From Candidatus Latescibacterota bacterium (GTDB lineage: Bacteria > Latescibacterota > UBA2968 > UBA8231), in the NCBI GenBank assembly GCA_965223905.1, contig CBDCXV010000010.1:1472001-1536000 (forward strand): DNA of 64,000 nt, written 5' to 3'. Shown here one piece after another: positions 9,942 to 19,744 of the stretch (the first letter of the stretch is position 1; each line of letters opens with the position of its first letter). The translations under genes and the position numbers were made by a program. A model generated the notes under the pieces. The model saw only the letters and a program-made list of their open reading frames with translations. It did not search any database and was not told the origin of the DNA.

Positions 9942-10107
9942 TTCGAAGGGGGGAACTGGCACGGGCTGCAGGAAGGATAGCCTGCCGCGGTCTCAATCTT
10001 ACCCGCTGGAACCGCTGGAAGGGGGACTTTCCGGATTCAAAGATCCTCAAGTTCCCCTAGTCCGTATGCTCAGAGCAAGAGCCTCTCTCGTTCTGATGAT
10101 TGCCCAT

Positions 10108-11112
10108 CTACAGCTCCTCAACTCCTACAAATCTGCCCGTGCCACGACTTCTGACGGCCGCCTCCACCAGCGCCAGAGTGTGGATCGCATCAGCATATTC
10201 CGAGCGGACCAGCGACCGTTCGCCTGTTTCGATAGCGCGCAACCAGGCACCGGTCTTATCCATGCCCAGGCTGTTCTCTTTAGGCGCCGACTTGTCTAAC
10301 TCCTGTCCATTGAGGTACCCGGTAATCCGGTTTTGGGTCACGTTTGCGCGAAGACGCAGGTGAGGGCCGATAACCTCGAGATCAAAGCTGAATGCTTCAG
10401 TGCCACAGTGATTGGTATGGGTGCCAAAGACACCGTTGTCGAGCGCGTAAGTCATCTGGATGGCATTCTCGGCGTCGAATTCGGAGCGATCCAGTGCCAT
10501 GTTTTTGACTGCCAGCGCATGTGCCTGAACCGGTTTGGGATTTCCCAGGACGAAACGTCCACAATCGAGCAGGTGGATGGCCTGCTCGGCAATAGGCCCT
10601 CCGCTGATCTTCTGTTGCAGGAACCAGGGCGCCATGTTAAAGCTCAGATAGTAATTAACTGTACAGACGGTCTGAATCAGATGGACTGTCTCATTGGCCA
10701 ACAGATGCTTCAGTCTCTCGTAGAGCGGGGCGTAACGCAATTGAAAACCAACGGCGGCAATTACCCCGGCTTTTTCGATGTGCTCCAGACAGCCCCGTCC
10801 CTCATCCATGTTTAGCGCAGGCGGCTTTTCGATCATCAGATGGATACCCCGTTCACAAGCCATTCGCACCGGTTGGAGGCGTACAGGAGGAGGCGCAGTG
10901 ATAACTACGCCATCGATTTCGTGCTCGAAAAATTCGTCGAGCTCATCAGTGGCGATCTCTGCACCGCGTTCTGTCGCTAGCTGCTGTGCGGCTTCCAGGC
11001 GAGTGCTGTGAACCGCGACGACCTGCGCTCCATAGGCAGCAACGGCTCGCCCATGCGCACGTCCCATGTTGCCAGCACCGACGATTCCGATCCTTAAGCC
11101 ATTTTGGTTCAT
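10108..11112 (-). CDS. Gfo/Idh/MocA family oxidoreductase
   Basis: IVGAGNMG Rossmann motif, IEKP, GG.IAEQAIHLLD. Confidence 0.9.
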   Translation of the reverse strand: MNQNGLRIGIVGAGNMGRAHGRAVAAYGAQVVAVHSTRLEAAQQLATERGAEIATDELDEFFEHEIDGVVITAPPPVRLQPVRMACERGIHLMIEKPPALNMDEGRGCLEHIEKAGVIAAVGFQLRYAPLYERLKHLLANETVHLIQTVCTVNYYLSFNMAPWFLQQKISGGPIAEQAIHLLDCGRFVLGNPKPVQAHALAVKNMALDRSEFDAENAIQMTYALDNGVFGTHTNHCGTEAFSFDLEVIGPHLRLRANVTQNRITGYLNGQELDKSAPKENSLGMDKTGAWLRAIETGERSLVRSEYADAIHTLALVEAAVRSRGTGRFVGVEEL

Positions 11113-11145
11113 TTCAACCCTACACGATGGCTGCGTAAAAACGCG

Positions 11146-12315
11146 CTACACCCTTAAAATGGTCCTCGCCTCAATCTGCGCCCAGTCTATCTCCCGCCCC
11201 AACCCAGGCGTCTGTGGCACATACATATAGCCGTCCTTGACCTCCGTAGTTTCCCGTATCAGGCCAGCAAATGCCGCAGAAATAGACCGGTCAGCGGCCG
11301 TCGGCAGCCACGCCCCCACCTCCCACCAGTCGTCGTTTCGAGTCGCGGCCACAACCTGCGCCCCTCCACCGTGGACGTTCAGTCCGAACATCTCTGCAAG
11401 ATTCGCAAGCTTCATCTTACCGGTGATCCCGAGCCCGGTATTGCGCACGATATCGATCGCTCCAGCCACAAGATAGGGCGTCGCCAGGTAGGGATTTCCA
11501 TGTATCGATTCGAGCGCCATCACCGGTAGATCAACCGCGTCGGAAAGACGTTTCAGCCCGTTGATGTCGAACTCCTGCAGGGGCTCTTCGATCCATATGT
11601 ACCCCAGCTCCTCCAACCCGCGTGACACTTTAATGGCATCTTCAACGGTGTATTGCTGGACGGGATCGTGCATCAATGCCATCTCGTCGCCGACCAGATT
11701 GCGGATGTCCCCAGCGAGGGCGAGGTTTGTTTCGACGCCCAACATCGAGTGGTCTTTGAACCCCTTGTACCCCTCGTCCACTGCCCGTTGAGCCGACTTC
11801 AGCGTGTCTTCGTAGGGGATGCCCGTTTCGGTGAGGTAGGCCGGGACACGGTCACGAAATCCACCGAGCAGCTTGTGGACGGGCAACCTGGCGTGGAGCC
11901 CCGCCAGATCCCACAAAAGCGTATCGATCAAAGCGAGAGGATCTGTCGAGGTCATATGAAAGTACCGACGGGCCATCCACATTTTGTGCCACATATACTC
12001 GCGATTCAGTGCATCCTGCCCGACGAGCTCCGGTTCCCACTGGACCTTGAACGTACGCGCCTTCCACTCGAGATCCTCTTTCCCCCAGCCGGAGGCGAAG
12101 GATCCGATGGTCTCGAGATTCGCATCGGTTCGGATCCGGAGCAGACACGTGTAAGCCGGCCTGGGCTCCAAGCGGATCCCGTCCCCGCTGAACAGCCGAT
12201 GCCCGAACCGCACCTTGGTTGACCCCGGATACTCCCGCATCGTCCGCAGTGGACGCCACTCCGGTTCAACGGGATCGCTTTCGAGGATCTGGAAGTCGAT
12301 GGATTCGATTTTCAT
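11146..12315 (-). CDS. Mandelate racemase/muconate lactonizing enzyme family (enolase superfamily)
   Basis: DTLLWDLAG..LPVHKLLGG, LMHD, WIEEP, ALES and P..PGLG.EID motifs. Confidence 0.85.
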   Translation of the reverse strand: MKIESIDFQILESDPVEPEWRPLRTMREYPGSTKVRFGHRLFSGDGIRLEPRPAYTCLLRIRTDANLETIGSFASGWGKEDLEWKARTFKVQWEPELVGQDALNREYMWHKMWMARRYFHMTSTDPLALIDTLLWDLAGLHARLPVHKLLGGFRDRVPAYLTETGIPYEDTLKSAQRAVDEGYKGFKDHSMLGVETNLALAGDIRNLVGDEMALMHDPVQQYTVEDAIKVSRGLEELGYIWIEEPLQEFDINGLKRLSDAVDLPVMALESIHGNPYLATPYLVAGAIDIVRNTGLGITGKMKLANLAEMFGLNVHGGGAQVVAATRNDDWWEVGAWLPTAADRSISAAFAGLIRETTEVKDGYMYVPQTPGLGREIDWAQIEARTILRV

Positions 12316-12331
12316 GGGGGTGTTTCCTCAC

Positions 12332-12366
12332 AGGCGCATTATAGTCAATTGCAGTCCAATGCGCCT
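12332..12366 (-). promoter_or_regulatory. Putative operator (9-bp IR) overlapping a perfect -10 box upstream of the enolase-oxidoreductase pair
   Basis: AGGCGCATT-N17-AATGCGCCT, with minus-strand TATAAT at 12338-12343 about 22 bp before the ATG. Confidence 0.5.
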
Positions 12367-12641
12367 ACTATGTGGACGCTGAAGTGACTTTCCTCATCTG
12401 ATTTGCTCGAGCCCCCCGCCAGAAGTGCCGGGATGAAAGGCAATCGGACTTACGGGCGGCAGTCATTGCCCGGACGACCACGGGGAGACACTTCTTGCGG
12501 ATGGAGCGGACGTGATCGTGGATTCCTGCCACCGGCTGCCAGCCGCCATTGGACAAGTGGGCTTCGGATCAGAAACCGCTTCAACCTGACGAAGTCGTCG
12601 CCTCAGCCGCGGCACGGCGCCGCAGCCGGTTCGAACCCCTG

Positions 12642-13463
12642 TCACGCATCAGGTTCCACGATGGCCGCCCTGTCGGCTTCAATCCACTCCGCCCAACGCA
12701 CCTCGTCCTCGATCAAGAATCTGGAATTGCAGCGGGCCTGAAGCTGCTCGTCCACCCCCAGCAGGCGCATCAACCGGTGGTCGTTGCGTTTTCGGGCCTG
12801 GTCGACAAGTCTCTGAGTCAAAGGTCCCTTGTGCGTGTCGGTGTGTTTCAGCCAGGAGAGGTTGTAGAACGAGCTGAAGAAGAAACGTATTCCGTCAGCG
12901 GTATTCGGCGTCCCCGAATGCACCAGATTGCCATGGGTCATGCACACATCCCCTGCCTTCATGTGAATGACCAGTTCGTCGGGATGGGGTTTTTGGCGCT
13001 TGTCCTCAGGGAGAGTCACCGGTGTTTGATGTGACCCGGGAAGGACGCGCAGGGGTCCGTATGCGTCGGTCAAATCCTGCAGATAGGCAATGGCATTGAT
13101 GGCGTTGGGTCGCTCGTATATGTGCGGCACCTTGCCCCAACGATCGCGGTGCCAACCGGATACTTTGCCCTCTGCCTCTTCCTTGCTCACGGGTTGGGAC
13201 CCCGCCAGGGTCAGATTGTCCAGTTGAACGAAAGGCCCCATGACCTTCTCGGCGAAATCGAGAATGGTGGGGTGGGATACCGCTGGCCAAAACAGGTTCG
13301 GCGCATACTCCAGGGTATTGCCGAACCACCACTGATCGTACTCGTCTTTCAGCTCTATGAACTTGTGGCGCCAACGATCCATCTGAGCTTCGCTGTAGAG
13401 CCCGGGTAATACCGCATAGCCGACCTTTTTGTACTGCTCGCACAACGGATCCAGAGGTCGCAT
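12642..13463 (-). CDS. Phytanoyl-CoA dioxygenase (PhyH) family 2OG-Fe(II) oxygenase
   Basis: GWHRD, GPLRVLPGSH and HSGTPN...R motifs. Confidence 0.85.
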   Translation of the reverse strand: MRPLDPLCEQYKKVGYAVLPGLYSEAQMDRWRHKFIELKDEYDQWWFGNTLEYAPNLFWPAVSHPTILDFAEKVMGPFVQLDNLTLAGSQPVSKEEAEGKVSGWHRDRWGKVPHIYERPNAINAIAYLQDLTDAYGPLRVLPGSHQTPVTLPEDKRQKPHPDELVIHMKAGDVCMTHGNLVHSGTPNTADGIRFFFSSFYNLSWLKHTDTHKGPLTQRLVDQARKRNDHRLMRLLGVDEQLQARCNSRFLIEDEVRWAEWIEADRAAIVEPDA

Positions 13464-13721
13464 GTTCCACTCCGTCTTTGGGGGGGGTGCGTCAATCTAT
13501 GTCCCTTGCCGGGACGGTACATATTCCGTCAGCCATTGCCCCGTCGTCCTGAGGACAGAGCGCCACCAGCGATCAGATTTTACTTTGGAGCTTTCTGGCC
13601 TATGAGTCAACTCTTCAAAATCAATTTCGGAAACCGCAGATCGGGGCAGCTCACGCGCGGCGCGGTCAATGCCAAGGCAGATTGGTTTGATCCACTGCTC
13701 TTATCTGTACAGCCTCAAGCC

Positions 13722-13821
13722 TCGTTATTACTACGGGGAGTAATTGAAAGTTTACAACACTCTCGAAGGGGAAATGGTGCCATCTATGTCACCTATTTAC
13801 CGCTCCCCGTAATAACAACGA
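13722..13821. repeat. 100-bp element with 19-bp imperfect terminal inverted repeats (MITE-like or structured RNA)
   Basis: TCGTTATTACTACGGGGAG ... CTCCCCGTAATAACAACGA (17/19 complementary). Confidence 0.6.
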
Positions 13822-13865
13822 TGTGGGGAACCATCAAGAAAGATAGAACGCAGAACTCCACGGGG

Positions 13866-15437
13866 TCAGATCAGATTCTGTTTCATTTCCCCTGCACCGA
13901 GTGTTGTCGCCTGCCACGCCGTCGCTTCACCAGTTCGCAATCGCCATGAAAAGGTAAGTGGTGAATTGCCACCATTATAGAAGACTACCTCTGCGCTCTT
14001 TTCTGTTCCGAGAATGGGGCGCACCAAAGAGAGAAGCGTCTGCCGATGACCTTGCCTTTCACCTTGTTGAACTTCCAGAAGTTGTATGACTTCGCCCTGA
14101 ACCTCGCGTGTACCCAGAAGCAGCGGACCATAGCACGCCGTAACCGCACCTTGTCCCCAATTTCGTCCATGTCCTGCCGCGATTGAGCAGACCGCGCCTC
14201 CCATATCAGCATGTTCCCGTCCACCGCGCAACACGCGCCGCGCGATATGCAGACGCATCGCAGCACTTCGTAACGCTCTCATCGCGTAGACAATCTCACC
14301 TGTTACTTGATACCCAAGCGTCAACGTTGCGGTTGACGGCTCCTGAATGGGTTTCACGGATCCATCGTCTGACCATTCACCCCAGTAGGCCATATCCGCA
14401 CGTTTCCCGACACCCGGTTCCCGGCGACGTGGCTCTTGCGGAAAAACCAAAGCCAATAGTTCGGGCGGTTCATCAGGCAAATCCTCTAATCCAGCACGGA
14501 TCGCCGCATCAAAACCGGTATCCTCGAATGTCCACCGGTAGTAACTCAACGCCGCCGCCGCTGGATCGTTATACGGATCACTCAGTGATGCCACGAGTGG
14601 TTCTACAATTCGTCGTGCCGCTGTTTTAAATATCTCTTCTCCAGATAACAGATAGAGATCACCCAACGCGTAGATGGCACCGGAAGCCAACAGGACTTCA
14701 ATGCCTGCGAGCGGGTCTCCCGGAATGTGATGCGAACTTGCCACAAGCCGATGTAGATTCCTGGCGTTGACAGCGACTTCATCAAGTCCCTCTCCGTCAA
14801 GCGTCCAGAGCAACGGCATCGGATTCGGTGCTGCAATAAGCCGTTGCGCACGCTTCCTGCCGTACCGCAGTGCCCACGTCAGGTAGCGTTCTTCACTCGT
14901 CACACGATACGCTGCAATCGCTATGTGGATAAATCGGAAATGCTCTGCCATTTCATAAGCGTCTTCTTCTTCGTTCGTCACGTCTCGGCTACCAATGTTG
15001 TAGCCGATGAACGTATCTCGGTCATAATCATACCACGGTGGGATCTCCGGCACCCAATTGCCGATATGTTCCGCTGCATCTATCAAAAGGGTGGGCGCTT
15101 CTGTATCCTCCGGCATCAGACCGATATAGCGAGGAAGGAAAAGCAGAAACGGTTCCGGTCCGTGATGTGCCTCCGCTTTCGGTTCATAACCATGCAGACA
15201 ATCGCGTTTCACCCAACCGAGCAGTGCTGCCTTCAGCATATCGAAATGCTGCAGGACAGTCGCATCGCCAGTGATTAGATAATGTGGAAACCACGCGAGG
15301 GCATAGTTCGCTTCATCCTCGCCGCCAGCGTTCGGACCCGGTGGGTCAAGCAGCATACTCTGCTTCAGCCACCGTCCCATTTCGTTTCTAAGCGTCGTAT
15401 ATCCGTTGTAGCACTCGTGGATAACGCTATTCATCAT
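13866..15437 (-). CDS. Hypothetical protein, probable alpha-helical barrel; distant relative of 36509-38539
   Basis: 523-aa ORF of lower GC, sharing the E.HH, P..YD and YLxW.L.Y motifs with the other protein. Confidence 0.6.
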   Translation of the reverse strand: MMNSVIHECYNGYTTLRNEMGRWLKQSMLLDPPGPNAGGEDEANYALAWFPHYLITGDATVLQHFDMLKAALLGWVKRDCLHGYEPKAEAHHGPEPFLLFLPRYIGLMPEDTEAPTLLIDAAEHIGNWVPEIPPWYDYDRDTFIGYNIGSRDVTNEEEDAYEMAEHFRFIHIAIAAYRVTSEERYLTWALRYGRKRAQRLIAAPNPMPLLWTLDGEGLDEVAVNARNLHRLVASSHHIPGDPLAGIEVLLASGAIYALGDLYLLSGEEIFKTAARRIVEPLVASLSDPYNDPAAAALSYYRWTFEDTGFDAAIRAGLEDLPDEPPELLALVFPQEPRRREPGVGKRADMAYWGEWSDDGSVKPIQEPSTATLTLGYQVTGEIVYAMRALRSAAMRLHIARRVLRGGREHADMGGAVCSIAAGHGRNWGQGAVTACYGPLLLGTREVQGEVIQLLEVQQGERQGHRQTLLSLVRPILGTEKSAEVVFYNGGNSPLTFSWRLRTGEATAWQATTLGAGEMKQNLI

Positions 15438-15656
15438 TACCCTCCTACAGCAGCGACTTCACAAATTCGATGCTCTGTTTTGCAAGCGATCTTGCGAAAG
15501 GCCCAATCCGGCACTCGTCTCCGCTCCGATGACCGTGTCCGAGGCAATCCGGGCGCTTTCGAAAACATGCGTTTTTTCCGGACCAGACCGGTCCGCTGAT
15601 ACGGGCCCCGGAAGAGATTGCCGCACCTTCGTCGACAAATCCGGGCCCGGAACCGG

Positions 15657-16542
15657 CTACCGGATGGGCTCCGGATCGATGTGACCCACGGGCACTTCCG
15701 TGAGATCTTCGGCGAAGACGATGTGGCCGCTGAAAATGCGCGCGGCTTCGGCCACGAGGCGCTCACGGACACCGGGCGGTTCCAATTGTTCGGTGACGTG
15801 GGTCAGGATCAGGGTTCCGACGGCCGCTTCTGAGGCGGTCCGGGCGGCGTCGAGGTGTCCGGAGCAGCAACCTGTGATACGCGGGTCGAGTTCGACATCA
15901 TTGATGAAGTGGCACATGTGGATGAGGAGGTCCGCATCCCGCGCCAGTTCCGTCAGGCCGCGGGTCGGCGCCGTGTCGCCTCCGAAGACGATGGCCCCGT
16001 ACGGGGTGTCCAACCGGTAGGCGAGGCACGTGAGCTGCGGTTGAACGTGGACGACTTCGGCGGTTTCGACTCGCCAGTTCCCACCCTGAATGCACGAGCC
16101 GTCCGCGACTTCGGTGACGAGGGGTTCAGGGCGTTCCCGGGGCAGGACTCCGCCCCGTCGTTCGTAAACGAATTCGCTGCCGGGGTGCTGTGTCCTGGCA
16201 TCGAGGTCCGGTCCGAAGGCGCCGTCGGATCCGAAGAGCCTTTCCGTCATGCGTTTCAACGGAGCCGGACCGAAAACGTCCAGCTCGGGGATTTTTCCGG
16301 CGCCCTGGTCCCAGCGGGTGAGCACGATGCATGCGTAGTCCACGCAGTGGTCGTAGTGGAGGTGGGTGAGGAAGAGGCGCGTCAGCGCCGGGGCCGGGAC
16401 TGCCTTTTCGAGGAGGCGCCGTGCGACACCGGGACCGCAGTCGAACAAAAGAACTTCCTCGTCGAACTCGACGAGGAAGCCGGAGCCAGCACGGTGGGCA
16501 AGAGGGGTGGGGGTTCCAGTGCCCAGAAGGGTCAGTTTGAGA
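15657..16542 (-). CDS. MBL-fold metallo-hydrolase (RNase Z/arylsulfatase-like); native start displaced by IS
   Basis: LLGTGTP, FDCGPG, THLHYDH, GDT and LTH motifs. The native ATG-TCT lies at 18130 on the other side of IS copy 2. Confidence 0.85.
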
Positions 16543-18117
16543 GGGCGTCTTAAGTAATTGTTATAGCGCAATTCAGGTGCGTATGTGTATATTTTACAGT
16601 AAGTTGCTTTCTTTTTCCGCATCCCCTGCGGCGCGCTCCCCTGATTTCAGAAAGAAGGGGAGCGATGAGTGCGATTCTCTCTCTGGAAGTTTTTCAGGAG
16701 CGGCAGAGTCAGGACCGCTTTCGAAGCCGGGCGCATGAAGCCTTGGACCAATGGCTGGATCGGGTGGAGACGCAAATGAGCGAGCGCGGATCTTGTGCGC
16801 CGACGTTGATGGAGATCACCGCGGCGATGTCTCAAGAGCGCTCCGGGCTCACCGCGGCCTTGGTGGAAGCCTTCGTCGAACGCCGCCACGGCCATTTCCT
16901 GGCCCAGGAAGAGGCGGCCTGCCCCAAGTGCAAAGGCCTGCTGCGAGCGCGCCCGTCTCGCTCGCGCACGGTGGAGACGCTGCTCGGGCCGGTGACCTTG
17001 GAGCGTCCCTATTTCTACTGCGTTGGCTGTCACCACGGGTTCTATCCGCTGGACGAGGCCCTGGGCCTGTCGGCGCAGCGCAAGCAGTGGGACGTGCAGC
17101 AGGCCGGGGTCAAGCTGGGGCTGGAGATGCCCCACCGGCGCGCCGCCGAACTGTTGGACGAGCTCACCGACGCGTCGATGAGCGATTGTGTGATTCACGA
17201 GGTGCTGCAACAGACCGGGTCGTTGGACGTGCTGCAGGTGTGTCCGGACGCGGCCGATATCCAGGATCGCATTGCGCAAGCCGCCGCCGGTCGCAAGTGG
17301 CGGCCGATCGTGGTGTTGGCCATCGACGCGGCCGACGTGCCCAGTCGTCCCCAGACCGCCAAAGGCACCCGTCCCGGACGCAAGAAGAGCCGGGCTCGGC
17401 GAAGGCGTTGGCAGGGGGAATACCACGAAGCCAAGGGCTTTCGCTTCTACCTGATAGACGATGAGCGCATCGAGCAGCTGATCTCCTGGCACCAGATGGG
17501 CAACGAACAGGCCTTCGGCGCGGCCTTGCGCCAGGTCAAGGAGGCGGGGCTGATCCCGGAGGATCAGGTGCGCTTGTGTGCCATCGGAGATGGCGCTCCG
17601 TGGATCTGGAAGTGGGTGGAAGAGCTGTTCCCGAGCGCCCGTCAGATCCTCGACTACTACCATTGCAGCAGCTACCTGCACGCGGTGGCCGAGGCCCAAT
17701 ACGGCGCCGATGCGGCGCGTGCTGCCCATTGGCTGGAAGCGACCCTGGCGCGCCTGTTCTGCGGCGAGGGCAGCGGCGTGGTCTGGGGTCTGCAGCGCAT
17801 GCAGCCGCTCTCGGAAGAGGCCGGAGAGGCCATCGGCACGGCCTTGACCTACCTGCAAAAGCGACTGCACCAGGTCGATTTCGGCAGCCATCGCAAGGGC
17901 GGATACCCGATCGGGTCGGGGGCGATCGAATCGGCGCATCGCTTCATCGGCCACGTTCGTCTGAAACGGTCGGGCGCTTGGTGGTATAAGGAAAACAGCA
18001 ACGCCATTCTGGCCCTGCGCTGCGCCTTGTACAATGGAACGCTTGACCGGGTCTTTCAGCAGTACCGAGAAAACCTGAAAACAACCACCGAAACCGTAAC
18101 AATCAGCTAAGACACCC
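16543..18117 (+). mobile_element. ISKra4-family IS, copy 2 (1575 bp) with 8-bp TSD
   Basis: Near-identical to copy 1 (I spotted one synonymous A/G difference, 9901 vs 18077). TSD GTTTGAGA at 16535-16542 and 18118-18125. Confidence 0.95.
16665..18110 (+). CDS. ISKra4-family transposase
   Basis: Protein identical to 8489-9934. Confidence 0.9.
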   Translation: MSAILSLEVFQERQSQDRFRSRAHEALDQWLDRVETQMSERGSCAPTLMEITAAMSQERSGLTAALVEAFVERRHGHFLAQEEAACPKCKGLLRARPSRSRTVETLLGPVTLERPYFYCVGCHHGFYPLDEALGLSAQRKQWDVQQAGVKLGLEMPHRRAAELLDELTDASMSDCVIHEVLQQTGSLDVLQVCPDAADIQDRIAQAAAGRKWRPIVVLAIDAADVPSRPQTAKGTRPGRKKSRARRRRWQGEYHEAKGFRFYLIDDERIEQLISWHQMGNEQAFGAALRQVKEAGLIPEDQVRLCAIGDGAPWIWKWVEELFPSARQILDYYHCSSYLHAVAEAQYGADAARAAHWLEATLARLFCGEGSGVVWGLQRMQPLSEEAGEAIGTALTYLQKRLHQVDFGSHRKGGYPIGSGAIESAHRFIGHVRLKRSGAWWYKENSNAILALRCALYNGTLDRVFQQYRENLKTTTETVTIS

Positions 18118-18185
18118 GTTTGAGAGACATAAGCGGATGGGAAGAAACGGCGTTCTCTCGTTCCCGGACAAGTTGGTGGAGGCGA

Positions 18186-18450
18186 GGCCAACTGACCCCG
18201 TCGAGGGAGGTTTGAATGGCCAGGGGCTGGGTGAGTGCGGCGATGATCTTCATCTTGCCCCTCCAAACCGGGCATGGGGTCCCATCCACGCGAAAGATCC
18301 GTGCCAGGAGCCAGAGCCCAGGATAGGCGGTAGACCGGTCGGGGTGGCGGACACTGCTCGGCGTGAGAGCAGCCCTACGTGGGCGCCTCCTGCGACCCCG
18401 GTAGTAGGATGGGGTCGCGATCGGCGGCATTCGGCTCAGCGCGTCCAATT
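18186..18450 (-). pseudogene. Degenerate IS91/ISCR transposase C-terminal remnant
   Basis: WLLARIFRVDGTPCPVWRGKMKIIAALTQPLAIQTSLDGV aligns with WATLLARVFSSDLSECPACGCRLRIVAALTGPTSIRTCLEGV near 7000. Confidence 0.6.
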
Positions 18451-18666
18451 GCCCCTGATATGCCATTGCCTTCGTTGCAGATCCAGCAACCACAGCGTAG
18501 CCTAGTGGTAGTCGTATCCATCAGGAGAAGTTCACATGGCAGGCCCCATAGAAAGAAGCAGTTTGGGGCTTGAAATGCTGAAGGAGTACTACGAAGATTC
18601 GGTTGGCTCCCAAAATTTACCAATGGAGTGTTGATGATGAATGAATCAGGAAGTTGCGGGCCCGGG

Positions 18667-19626
18667 ATGCTGCTGTCGCCGGCCCAGCTGGACGAGTTCA
18701 AGGCAGAGGGCACGCTCGCGATCCCGGGATTGGTACCTGCCGATGTGCTTGGCGGGTGGCAGGACCAGATACGCGCGGCTTGCTCCGACGGCGTCGACCT
18801 CGACGACCCCGGCACCACCTGGCCCCCCGGGCGCTACGCACCCGGGGGCGGTTGGCCCGAGTTCAGCCCCAGCCTGTACGAATTGCCGAATCTCCGGTCC
18901 ATCGTGGAGCAGATCGGCGGCGGCGCCTTTGCCCCCTCCCACCCCGCGGGGCAGCCGTGGACGCCGCAGGTGCCGATGACGAGGGTGATCCTGCCGAGCG
19001 AGCCGGGCACGGAGTGGGCTCCCCCTGACGACGGTCACCTCGATGGGTACGCGACAGGCTGGGGCGGCGGGTTCATGGCGTTCTTCGCCGTGCTGCTCTG
19101 GGACGTCAGCAGCCCTACCGGCGGTGGCACGGCCTACTGGCCGAGGTCGCACCTGGCGAACCACCGATACTTCCTCGAGCACCCCGAGCAATTCGACGGG
19201 TCCTACCTCTTCACGGAGCCTGTGCGGAGCGGCGGACACCGGGCGCTCCTGGATGGAGACCCCAGTGTGGGCGAGGTGGTATGCATGACCGGGCGAGCTG
19301 GCGACGCCATGCTGCTGCACGGCCTCACTACGCACATCGGCTCGGCCAACGCCGCGGGATCACGGCAACCGCGGGTTGCGCAGTTTGCACGGTACTGCCA
19401 CAGGGTAATGCGCGAGCAGGCACCCATGGTCATGTTTCCCGACAAGGATGGCACGCCATGGTCGCCCCCCGCGCCCTCACCCCGCGTTGGCAATACCCCG
19501 ATTGAGTCTGACGAGCAGGCGGCGGCGACAGGCTTTCTGCCTCCCGGTCACCCGGGCCGGAAGCTCGAGCGCTACGACGTGCCGGAGAACCTCTGGAAAT
19601 ACTGGGGGCCTGCGCTCAACGCCTGA
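18667..19626 (+). CDS. PhyH-like 2OG-Fe(II) dioxygenase
   Basis: GHLDG, GGGTAYWPRSH and GRAGDAMLLH..TTH..SAN..R motifs; start codon uncertain. Confidence 0.7.
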   Translation: MLLSPAQLDEFKAEGTLAIPGLVPADVLGGWQDQIRAACSDGVDLDDPGTTWPPGRYAPGGGWPEFSPSLYELPNLRSIVEQIGGGAFAPSHPAGQPWTPQVPMTRVILPSEPGTEWAPPDDGHLDGYATGWGGGFMAFFAVLLWDVSSPTGGGTAYWPRSHLANHRYFLEHPEQFDGSYLFTEPVRSGGHRALLDGDPSVGEVVCMTGRAGDAMLLHGLTTHIGSANAAGSRQPRVAQFARYCHRVMREQAPMVMFPDKDGTPWSPPAPSPRVGNTPIESDEQAAATGFLPPGHPGRKLERYDVPENLWKYWGPALNA

Positions 19627-19744
19627 CTTCTGCCTGTGAGTTCTTCCGCCGGGCAATGAAGGAATGCAAGTGGCAAAAGGATACTGGACCCACCTTTCCC
19701 GATTGACCTGTCATGACAATGTCAAGGAAGGGAGAACTCCTCCC

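Noticed and set aside
13722-13821. Integron attC site
   Set aside because: The ends run GTT...AAC rather than RYYYAAC...GTTRRRY, and there is no integrase or cassette array.
8367-18117. Composite transposon formed by the two ISKra4 copies
   Set aside because: Copy 2 has its own TSD on both sides and splits a gene whose start lies outside, and the outer flanks do not match. The insertions are independent.
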